This document shows positions 55,143-64,000 of a stretch of DNA of 64,000 nucleotides, piece after piece. How positions within the stretch are numbered: the first letter of the stretch is position 1; each line of letters begins with the position of its first letter. The position numbers were made by a program, and so were the translations under genes. Source of the stretch: Balanoglossus misakiensis. Lineage: Eukaryota; Animalia; Hemichordata. Under the pieces are notes generated by a model that searched no databases, had not been told where the DNA came from, and saw only the letters and a list, made by a program, of their open reading frames with translations. The stretch is from positions 3,784,156-3,848,155 of the forward strand of contig CM082588.2 of NCBI GenBank assembly GCA_040954595.2, read 5' to 3'.

Positions 55143-56464
55143 GATGATCGGCGAATCAATGTCGACACGAAGACTTGTTTCTGGAACTGAATAATCCCTG
55201 GCACGGCGGCGACTTCTTAATCTGTGTGCGCGGGTGTGGTAACATCTGAATGCTGCATGACTGACTGTGTTTTGGCAGGGCGATACTTGTATTCAATTCT
55301 CCCCGAAGAGGGCAAATAATAGCCACGCCTGAATCACCGCCACTGAGATGACTGCTGTCTTTGTGCTCGGGTACTCACGTGAACAATAGCCAACGAAGGT
55401 AACCGATGAGTTGGAATTTTCATAATCGCGAGGCCAAGCCCCTTGCCTATTACGAAAGCAAGCGGCGGTAAACACCGTCATTTATCATCATCATCGTCAG
55501 TGAAAGTGTCCCGGGCAAGTCGGGTCTTGACAGCTTGCAACGAGAAGAGGGCAAAGCAGCGGTCGTTGAAATCCCCACAAGTGTTTACTGCTCTATTGTG
55601 ACCGCGTAGCACGTTGAAAGACTTATTAAAAGGTCATTCTCGACTGTGTATAGGGCTGGCATTGGTCGAGGCTTGTGAAGGGTGGGGTAAACGCCCTCAA
55701 CCCCCGCGTATGACGAGATGGGCGTGTCTGCGGTCAAATGTATGATTCACTGGAGAGGATAACTGAACGCCCAGTGAAACATTTTGGTTAATATTTGGGT
55801 GCAAAGCGGTGGCTGTAAACAAAATAAGGTGGATAAAACAGTAAAAATGTTGACTCTAGGTTGAAAACGCCATCACATGTTGTGGCTTGTGCCTACAGAG
55901 CTTGAAGTTAAGTGCTCATTTGATGTGCCGGATCTTTTCGGTGATCCCTCTCCCGGTTCACAGAGTTCAAAGTTCATTCTGGTTGAGATCCTCAGATGTG
56001 AACCTATCTTTCATCGCCCTTTCTCCAAACAATGTTCACGAAGTACGAAGTAAATGGGGACACGGATTCAACCACCTGTGAATGTGTCCGCCCAGGTTTT
56101 TTTTTATTTGAACACACGCATATTTAAAATGTGCGTTTGGGTATTGAATGACACACAAAGACGATTCTCAAGATCAGTCGTACATGTCGGTTGACCTGAC
56201 GAAAGATGACCTAAATACGGCCGAGTAGATGATCACAAACTGAGTACAAATAGAAAACCTAGTGGCCAAGTATTACCAAAATTATCGAATACTAATTTTA
56301 TTAGTACACAATCACCCCAGTAAACTATTATACACACAGTCGATATTGCCTTATATGTTACCCGCAAAAATGATGCCAAAATAAATGTACAGACATACTA
56401 CTAGACTTGTTTGATTGAATGTGCAATTAAAATAAATTCACATTAATAATTATGCGCCTGATAT

Positions 56465-57982
56465 TCACTTCTTCCCAGTGGTAAGTTTGGTGTAGACTTC
56501 ATTACTTGGCCCTGTCAGACTTTCATATTGGCCGTCTGGTGCTCCGCCGGCTGTCTCCGGCCTGACCTGGACACGGTTGTTGTCTTGGCTGGTTTCTGTA
56601 GGACGGGCTGAAGGGATAGCGTCGGAGGAGGTTCCATTTGTCTCAGCTTCTAACTGAAAATAAACAGGTGTATTTTCTTGGCTGGTGTCGTTTCCAGTTC
56701 GAGGGGCCGACGGGGCACCGTTGTGCTGGCTTTCGTTTGAGTCCGGAATGATTTCAATGTAAGAGCGCGTAGTTTCTGATCTGGCCGCCCTGTCGGTCGT
56801 CGGGTTGGGCGGAGGTGTTCCCGGCTCGGGGCGGATGTAGTTATACTCGTCTTCGCTTTTGGGCTCAGGTCTTGCGTACGAGTACGTCAAGACATTGCTG
56901 AACTGTTCTCCGGTCGCCTCTCTACTCTGACCCTTTCCATCTTTTAATTTCAGCCCCTTGCACTTGATGATGACAGCTCCGACGAGAACGGTGACCAGGG
57001 AGCCGAGAAGGAGACCGCCGACGAGAGAACCGATGACTGACCACGGGGGTTTGTTGGCGGTCTGACGAGCAAAGGTGCCGTGTACGGTGGAGTTTCGCGT
57101 CGAAGTATATGCACTTGAACGCGGAACAGTAGCCGTGTTCGTAGTCAGAGATCCTTCAGTTGAAAGAGAAGTCGTTGGATTCTCTGCGATGACGTAAAAG
57201 GGCCCTACAGAGCACGAGCGATCCGCTTGAAGCCCCGGATGTTGCAAAGTGCAGGTGAACTGAAAATTCAACAGACGAGCCGATGTCGGAGTCCACTCAT
57301 ACGAATCTACTCGCAACCCGTCTCCCCGTGTATAAGAATACGATTGGAGAATTACCCGTTGGTCGCTGCGACGCCAGTTCAAATTCACGGCGGGAAAACC
57401 GGGGTCTGATGTACAGAGCAAACGAACGGTCTCTCCGAGTGTGAATTTAACGGGTGTGTTCGTCGTATCGACATAACGACCATCCAAATGAACCATCGAA
57501 CACTCTGGATAAATATTTCGAGGAACCGCATATACGGTAACCGTGGCATCCGAAGACATTCCCACTAATGGACTCGCCTGTTGTTGATTAGTTAGAGTCC
57601 TGTAGACTGCGCAGGTGTATTGGCCACCGTCCATTTCTGCCGTTCCTGTGGTAATACCAAATACGAGTAAACCATAGGTATTTTCTGCGCCGGTTGAGGT
57701 CACCAAGTATCTCTCGTCGGTGCCCCCGACATTTTGTCGCATCTGGTAATTATCACTCACGATGACGCCATTTTTCAACCAGGACACATACTCGTCAGTA
57801 GCGAGGGTGCCAGCTAACTTGCAGGCCAAGTAAAAAGATCTGGCCGAACCCCCGTATTGGACAAAAACTTCCTGGTCGCTGGGTTCGACTGCGAATAACC
57901 CGTTGGTGTTTCCGACCAACACGCACAGGCAAACCAACAGCCGCAACCACACCGGACAATTGCCAAGTCTTTCAGCGGCCAT
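56465..57982 (-). CDS. IgR-D: type-I TM IgSF receptor with uninterrupted CDS (V + C2 domains) and a canonical C-terminal ITAM, about 505 aa
   Basis: ATG at 57982 gives MAAERLGNCPVWLRLLVCLCVLVGNTNG; Ig cores YLAC..SWLKNG..DGGQYTC and LLC..LNW..FTC; TM WSVIGSLVGGLLLGSLVTVLVGAVII; tail ends DGQYESLTGPSNEVYTKL. Confidence 0.92.
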   Translation of the reverse strand: MAAERLGNCPVWLRLLVCLCVLVGNTNGLFAVEPSDQEVFVQYGGSARSFYLACKLAGTLATDEYVSWLKNGVIVSDNYQMRQNVGGTDERYLVTSTGAENTYGLLVFGITTGTAEMDGGQYTCAVYRTLTNQQQASPLVGMSSDATVTVYAVPRNIYPECSMVHLDGRYVDTTNTPVKFTLGETVRLLCTSDPGFPAVNLNWRRSDQRVILQSYSYTRGDGLRVDSYEWTPTSARLLNFQFTCTLQHPGLQADRSCSVGPFYVIAENPTTSLSTEGSLTTNTATVPRSSAYTSTRNSTVHGTFARQTANKPPWSVIGSLVGGLLLGSLVTVLVGAVIIKCKGLKLKDGKGQSREATGEQFSNVLTYSYARPEPKSEDEYNYIRPEPGTPPPNPTTDRAARSETTRSYIEIIPDSNESQHNGAPSAPRTGNDTSQENTPVYFQLEAETNGTSSDAIPSARPTETSQDNNRVQVRPETAGGAPDGQYESLTGPSNEVYTKLTTGKK

Positions 57983-59089
57983 TGTGACGTCTGTCTTCAA
58001 TGAATGTTTGCCGTTACCTTCGCTTCCCCTTGTTGTCTCTGCTGGGAGGGCGACGGACAACTTTATCAAAAGGAAAGAAAACAAACATTTTAAAACCTGA
58101 TCCGACACACGGTTAACCCATTAAAGCCGACTTCTACCATTTTTTTCTAACTGCCTTGCATATACATACAGCGAATGTGTACTTACCATTGACGTTGCCT
58201 TCTACGTGCCAAATAGTGTTGGCATGCGTCGCGGTAACCTTTGACCCGGTAACGCAGAGCCCAAGACGAAGGTCGCGTAGCAACCATGCAAGAAAATCAA
58301 AAGTAGCCTAGTTGAACAGTTATTCAAACAAACTCGTTGGGTTCTTCGCGCACTTAAAATTCACGACGCATTTCTTTCTGAGGAATTCACCCCCAAACCA
58401 CTTGGCATGAAAACCCGTACAATGGGCTGGATGTATTGTTGAAATTGGGAACACATTTGACTAAGAATAGGTTTATAAACTAAAAAAAGCATCACGTGTC
58501 CCGAGTGAATGCACCTGACAAAGAGAGAGCCTAAATAGGAAGGACAGAGGACCCGGCATTTAGCCAAGAGGACACCATTACCAAAGTGTTCATTGGAGAT
58601 TCTTTACAACAGACATTTTAGTGAAGTCACTCTCCCGGCTTGATTGGCTAACAGTATGTCAGCCAAAATAGAAGTGCTCTTAGTACATTTTGCCAACAAA
58701 TGGATATTTCTTACCTTTTACTTGTGGCGTTTTAGCGCTGGTCGCGTTACTCAATATTAGACGACATGTCACACGGCCTGTCAGTTGTCCGGCTTTAGGC
58801 TATCTGTTTATTTATTTATTTCACCACCATGAAAAGAGTGACAACGACAGAGAAATGATAAAAAATACAATTGGGCACGGTGTGGATCATTATCATGGTG
58901 CTGATTTACCGTCTGCCCTCGAAAAACAACACACGCTTCCATTCTCGACACATTTTGTTAATTTTATCGGGATATAACCACACACGCTTATAAATGGTCA
59001 CGTACTGATGAGATCAACATCACCTCGTGCGTGTGTGTATATGAATGGTTTCTAAACGATCTGTTCCAACGAACCCCAAGGTGATACCT

Positions 59090-61216
59090 TTACATCCTTA
59101 ATTCGGCGTAAACGACGTCATCATCTTCGATTCTTGGCTTCGTGGTGTGACGTCCTGGTGTCACATTTGACAGATCCAGGTCAGCGTATGTCAAGCCTTC
59201 AACGTTTCTAGATCGACGGTCGTCACCTCCGTCCGCGTTCTGTCGCTGTCCCGGGGACTCGAGCACATCGTCGTACACTGGGTTTCCCGGAGATGGCTGT
59301 GTCCTCCGCTGTGGGTCTGTGTCACGGCCTCCGTGCTCCGATTGGCCACTGACGCTTCTTCGACTCGCCGGAAGATCGGTAACGTTTTCATAAGTGGCTC
59401 CTGCCCGATTGTCGACGGTCACGCCACGGGCTCCAATACGATTGGGCTTAGGCTTGACGTCTGGTTGCTTGTTCCCGCTCTCGACTCTTGTGTGACCTGG
59501 CCTGTTTGCGTCATCTTCGGGAGAATTGTCCGAATTGGCCTCGTGGTCTTTACCGTCACTAATGGCCAGTTCCAACGTTTCGGTTGACGGTTCCACAAAG
59601 TTCCTGCCCTTCTCTGAGACATGCTGGCTTTTTATATTGCTCGCCACATCCACATTTTCAGTGGCGTTGCTGTTCGGGTCTTTTTTACGCGTTACCTTTG
59701 CCTTGAGCTGGATGTCTATTGAAGCTGCATTGACCGAGTTTTCAGACGCATTCCTGTAAGCGACGTTGACCACCGCATACGTCTCGGCAACATCGCTGGC
59801 GTCCCGGCCAATTTCGCCTTTCTCGCCGTCTTTGACATCGCGCTGCTGCGTTGATTTTGTTGACTCGGTGCTCTGTCGGCGTTTTTTTACCACGACTACG
59901 ACGATTACTACAACCCCACCGGCCAACAGGATCAAACCACCCGCTACCACACCGGCGATAACCCCGGTGTCCAGGCGTTGATCAACCGCCGGAGCCAAGT
60001 CTCCTTGGATTGGAGCGGTGGTCGTGCCATAGACATCGGTTGTACTTTCCGTTGTGTCCAAGTCGCCTGCTGCTGTTGTTGTCGCACGTGTACTTCTTTG
60101 TATCTCCGTGGTAACCGGTGGGATGTCAACAACAAAACTGACATTGGCACTGCCAGTCCCTATGCCATTGGTCATTTCACATCTTACCTGATGAAGGCCA
60201 TTTTCCTGGTTACCGAAACCAGAACTCCGCAGTGAAAGATTCTGTAAGCTGAACCGACCATCCCCGGGGGTCACTGCCTCGTCATCGTAAAACCACTGGA
60301 TTTGTGTGACGTCAGGGTTCGAATCTGGAATACAGGTAATGGTGATGACGTCTTCCGAAGACGTCAAGAATTCCCTCGTCGCGTTTGCCTCTACCGTCGG
60401 TGCGTACTGGATGTCAAAACCTCCCACGCTGCAAGTTCTGTCCGACGTCATTCCGGGATGTGATAGGGTGCAGGTGAAATTTACACCTGGGTCATCGAAT
60501 CTAGACGGTGTCCACGCATATGTAATGAACAGCAAACCGTCGCCAGTGGCCCCGGATTGGTCCCTTTGCAAGGGGTCGTCGACATCATTCCGACTCCAGT
60601 ACATGGTGACAGTAGGGTAACCGGGGTCTGAGAAACATGTCAGGGTATACGTGCCTCCTTCACGAACTGCGATCGGTATCGACGTCGCCAGGCCGAAACC
60701 GAGCGAATCTGACGCCGTGCACATGGGGAACTCTGGCCGAGGAACTTCGTAGATAGTCACAGTGGCAACTCGCGACGTTTCAACCACGTAATCACCTACT
60801 GTTGTTATTGCGCATTTGAAAGGACCAACGTCGGTGTATGCAGTGTCCCTCGTTACGCCATACACTACCAGAGAGTAGCCAACGCTATTACCGAGATAGT
60901 TTACATCAGTCAGAAAGTACCTGTCCCTATCGACGATATACTCACTTATGGAACGAAAGTTCTTATTATCGGCAAAGATGATGTTATTCTTGTACCACGA
61001 TATCTTCTGATCCGTGTCCAACGTCGATACGATGCAGTACAAACTGAAAGACCTAGTTTGTCCTGGTTCAATGGTGACCGTCTGGTCTTGTGGTTCAAAT
61101 ACAAAAAGCTGCTCGGCGAGCGAGGTGTCCGGCCAACTTGCCAACAGGAACGCCCCGACGACTAAAATTGCTCTGGTCTTGCGTGAAGAACTCGTGTGCC
61201 CCATCGAGACCTCCAT
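59090..61216 (-). CDS. IgR-E: type-I TM IgSF receptor with uninterrupted CDS (V + C2 + C2/I), long tail with two C-terminal ITIMs, 708 aa
   Basis: Signal peptide AILVVGAFLLASWPDTSLA; three Ig domains; TM VIAGVVAGGLILLAGGVVVIVVVVV then KKRR; tail YENV, YDDV, LTYADL, VVYAEL. Confidence 0.92.
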   Translation of the reverse strand: MEVSMGHTSSSRKTRAILVVGAFLLASWPDTSLAEQLFVFEPQDQTVTIEPGQTRSFSLYCIVSTLDTDQKISWYKNNIIFADNKNFRSISEYIVDRDRYFLTDVNYLGNSVGYSLVVYGVTRDTAYTDVGPFKCAITTVGDYVVETSRVATVTIYEVPRPEFPMCTASDSLGFGLATSIPIAVREGGTYTLTCFSDPGYPTVTMYWSRNDVDDPLQRDQSGATGDGLLFITYAWTPSRFDDPGVNFTCTLSHPGMTSDRTCSVGGFDIQYAPTVEANATREFLTSSEDVITITCIPDSNPDVTQIQWFYDDEAVTPGDGRFSLQNLSLRSSGFGNQENGLHQVRCEMTNGIGTGSANVSFVVDIPPVTTEIQRSTRATTTAAGDLDTTESTTDVYGTTTAPIQGDLAPAVDQRLDTGVIAGVVAGGLILLAGGVVVIVVVVVKKRRQSTESTKSTQQRDVKDGEKGEIGRDASDVAETYAVVNVAYRNASENSVNAASIDIQLKAKVTRKKDPNSNATENVDVASNIKSQHVSEKGRNFVEPSTETLELAISDGKDHEANSDNSPEDDANRPGHTRVESGNKQPDVKPKPNRIGARGVTVDNRAGATYENVTDLPASRRSVSGQSEHGGRDTDPQRRTQPSPGNPVYDDVLESPGQRQNADGGDDRRSRNVEGLTYADLDLSNVTPGRHTTKPRIEDDDVVYAELRM

Positions 61217-61306
61217 TCGTATTCCTTACAGTTAGAATTAGTAGTGAATGGTCAGGGCGATGACATTTCCTACGTGACGTTGACGCCCTTTTCGTGCAGG
61301 TATGTC

Positions 61307-61324
61307 GTTTCCTGGATCCGGGTA
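61307..61324 (-). promoter_or_regulatory. Conserved upstream element of IgR-E
   Basis: Plus-strand GTTTCCTGGATCCGGGTA, 91 nt upstream of ATG 61216. Confidence 0.55.
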
Positions 61325-62432
61325 CTTTCACTTATTCACTTCTCTGTTCATTGTTGTGTAAATCACTTGACATTGGACGATTAATTTACATATGAATGGA
61401 TACCAGAATGGGAATCGAAGGGGAAACCCCCGATAACAATAACGTAAATGAGCATAGCATTGACCGTAATAGTCATTTCGAAGACGTTCGAGTAATTCGA
61501 AATTGGTATCTCGATAACGCCCATGTGACTAGGCTAATCAAACGCCTTTCAGTTCCCGTTATCTCATTAAGACGCAATAATTCAACAACTGTATTGCTTA
61601 CTATCAATGGCCACGACGGATGTCACCAGTGAATAAAATACTTTTATTTCAAGAAAGTGGATAATATACATCACTCTCACGATGGTTATTTTCAATGGAA
61701 ACAACAGGCATTTCATGCAAATCAATCACCACGGTAACATGTACATGATATCATACTTATATTTACACACACCACTGAGAATGAAAGTTACACTTCTCAT
61801 GTTTCGTTTTTGACAACAGTATTAACATAAAAAGGTACACAATTTACAAATAAATCTGGATCTGAAATAAACAAGATCGGACGGAATAAACAACACTCGA
61901 ACTGGCCAAGACACGTGTGAGAATGAAATGGACACGACTGGGCCATGATCAGGTAGTATAGTGCGCCACCAATGGCAGAAATACCAACTTCTTTCATGAA
62001 GAGTATAACATCACATTCCTTGAACTATTTTCCTGTTCGTATCTAGGACAAACTCTGCTGCACTTAGTTTATCGTGGCGCAACATGAGTCAGTCCTTGTG
62101 TTCCAATTTTTTCTCTGAATGGATTTAAACTGCCTGCACATCGCATGGCAGGCAAAGTATGTGCATTAATGCCAATCTGACATTATCCATACAAACAGAT
62201 GCAACTCTGGTCCCACATAACACTACCCAGTTCGGTTGAGCGATGTGAGGTATTTGGTTTCCAAGGCACCCCGTGCCTTGCAGGGGGTAATTATTGCCAA
62301 TTATTGCTTGGAATGTCGTCCACCCTACATCGCGGAAAAGGCTCTTTGTGATTGGGTAACACAGGCACCTGAACAAGGGACATCATGGATAAAAAAATCA
62401 ATCAGAGAAGGGCTTCTTCAAAGGCACTGTCA

Positions 62433-64000
62433 TCATGTTGTTACATTGGCTGAGTCGTGTGAAGGGTTGACCCACAGCGTGCTCAAACATTTTGCCTCCT
62501 GCAAAACAAGAAAACAATAAAAAATCCATGATGAATGGCCACGAAAAATAGTGACGCAATGGGACAACGATGTCTTCTCTTGTAATGTTTCATGTCCTCC
62601 CCAGGAAGTCCTCAGAGATTACTTGGGAGGAAAATATTATCGTTGATATTTGCACAAACAGTGGTCTCTAAACTACTAACCTTAATGACGCAATCATCCA
62701 AGATTGACTTCATTGTCAGTGGTAACGGCTTAGGGGGTGGGTGTGGCGAAGTCTCATGTTCTGAGCTTTCACTCTGTTCTGCTGACTTTATTCTCCTGTG
62801 AATGAAAAAAAATAAACGGTTTATATTCACAAAATAAAACAAGTTGCTCACAGAAGAAAAGCACAGCAGTGTCTGTCTACCTTTGGGGCTTTTTCACACT
62901 TGGATGTGGCGCTCACCTTTTGCCAGAAGACCCCCTGCTGTGTCTGCTGCCGCTCTTCGATGACGTCATACTTTTCTTGCTGCTGACGGTGCTGTAGACC
63001 GACCTGTGTTCCGAGAGTTCGTCTATTGCGGACAAGGGTGCCGATGGGTTGGCCGACCCGACTGTGCTCGGCAAAGCCAGGTAGCCGGTGGATTTGTCCT
63101 CCTCCAGAGGGGGTAAGTTGAGTTCTGGGGGTCCAGCTGCCCTTGGGGGTGAGGGTAGTACTGGATATTTTTGCTTTGGTTCATGGGAGACCATGCTTAT
63201 CTGAAGGGGGAGAAAGAATAAAAATGAAAATTCTATCGTGTTGGGGTATACTGTACCAGAATACAATAAATAGCATTTTTAGGTGTTTGGACAGAAACCT
63301 GATGTGCGACAGAAGTTTTGTACTTACAAGTTCTCCAATATTTGGTCCTTCTGTCATCCAAGCGAAATCTTCTTTCTTATCAAGAATTCTGAAAAATGAG
63401 AGAACAGAAACCCATAAAGAACAAATCTTGCTGAGTAGATTACATCACTAAGTAATATGATTACACCAACACTGTGGGGTTTGGCCTTTCTAGGTGACAA
63501 CATACCTGTGTGTAGCTGCCTGGTGGGCCAGCGCGTACTCGTACATTGTCCGGAGACGTCGCCTCTCGAAGTCTCGGATCCTGGCCCTCAACCGCATCTC
63601 TTCGTTCAACCGGATCATCTCGGGGTCTTCCTTCTTCGGCGCCAGGTCTAACGTGAACGTCGCTAGTTGCGGAAGCTCAATCTGGGATGCACAAAAAATA
63701 CACAGGGCGGAAATGCCAAAATTCATTGATGTGCAGTTGCAAGTGTGTCACATGCAATAAAGTGACATTCAAATGTGAAGCACAGAAAAAAGTCAAGAAG
63801 CCAAAATGCACACAGACGAGTTTCCAATACAACTGTACACAGAAGTGGTCACCAACACAGGTTGGACTGTATTCTGAAATATGCACTGACATACCTTGGG
63901 AAATCTTTGATCCACAGCCAGTGCCTTTGGGTGGATGGATGTTCTCCGTCCCTTCACAGGCGTTGCTAAGTAACTGGAAGGACCTTGCTGAGCCTGGATG
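62433..64000 (-). CDS. 3' coding exons of an unidentified multi-exon gene (5' part beyond the right edge)
   Basis: Phase-compatible GT-AG exons: >64000-63895, 63681-63506, 63388-63328, 63200-62917, 62795-62681 and 62498-62433 (TGA). They give ...IHPKALAVDQRFPK-IELPQLATFTLDLAPKKEDPEMIRLNEEMRLRARIRDFERRRLRTMYEYALAHQAATHR-ILDKKEDFAWMTEGPNIGEL-ISMVSHEPK...PLPLTMKSILDDCVIK-EAKCLSTLWVNPSHDSANVTT*. Candidate AATAAA on the minus strand at 61648-61643. Confidence 0.8.

Noticed and set aside
47838-61216. RAG-type recombination signals or V(D)J-like segments in the Ig cluster
   Set aside because: Isolated CACAGTG heptamers fall inside coding sequence with no evident nonamer; each gene is complete.

Overview
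Eukaryotic (metazoan) genomic DNA with GT-AG spliceosomal introns and microsatellites. Gene content and Ig-domain style suggest an invertebrate deuterostome such as a hemichordate or echinoderm (inference). From left to right: (1) the first coding exon of a group I metabotropic glutamate receptor (GRM1/GRM5-like, minus strand, continuing off the left edge); (2) about 38 kb with no convincing coding sequence; (3) a complete 6-exon PDSS2 gene (plus strand); (4) a tandem cluster of five type-I transmembrane immunoglobulin-superfamily receptor genes with uninterrupted coding sequences (minus strand, called IgR-A to IgR-E here); (5) the 3' exons of an unidentified multi-exon gene (minus strand). 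The main finding is that the Ig cluster looks like a paired activating/inhibitory immune-receptor system. IgR-A (multiple ITIMs) and IgR-B (hemITAM-like, no canonical ITIM) share about 89% identical ectodomains but have unrelated stalks, TM segments and tails. IgR-D (canonical ITAM) and IgR-E (two ITIMs) form an older second pair. The two inhibitory members share a C-terminal module, and three genes share a non-coding upstream element about 90-100 nt before the ATG. All counts and alignments were done by eye.
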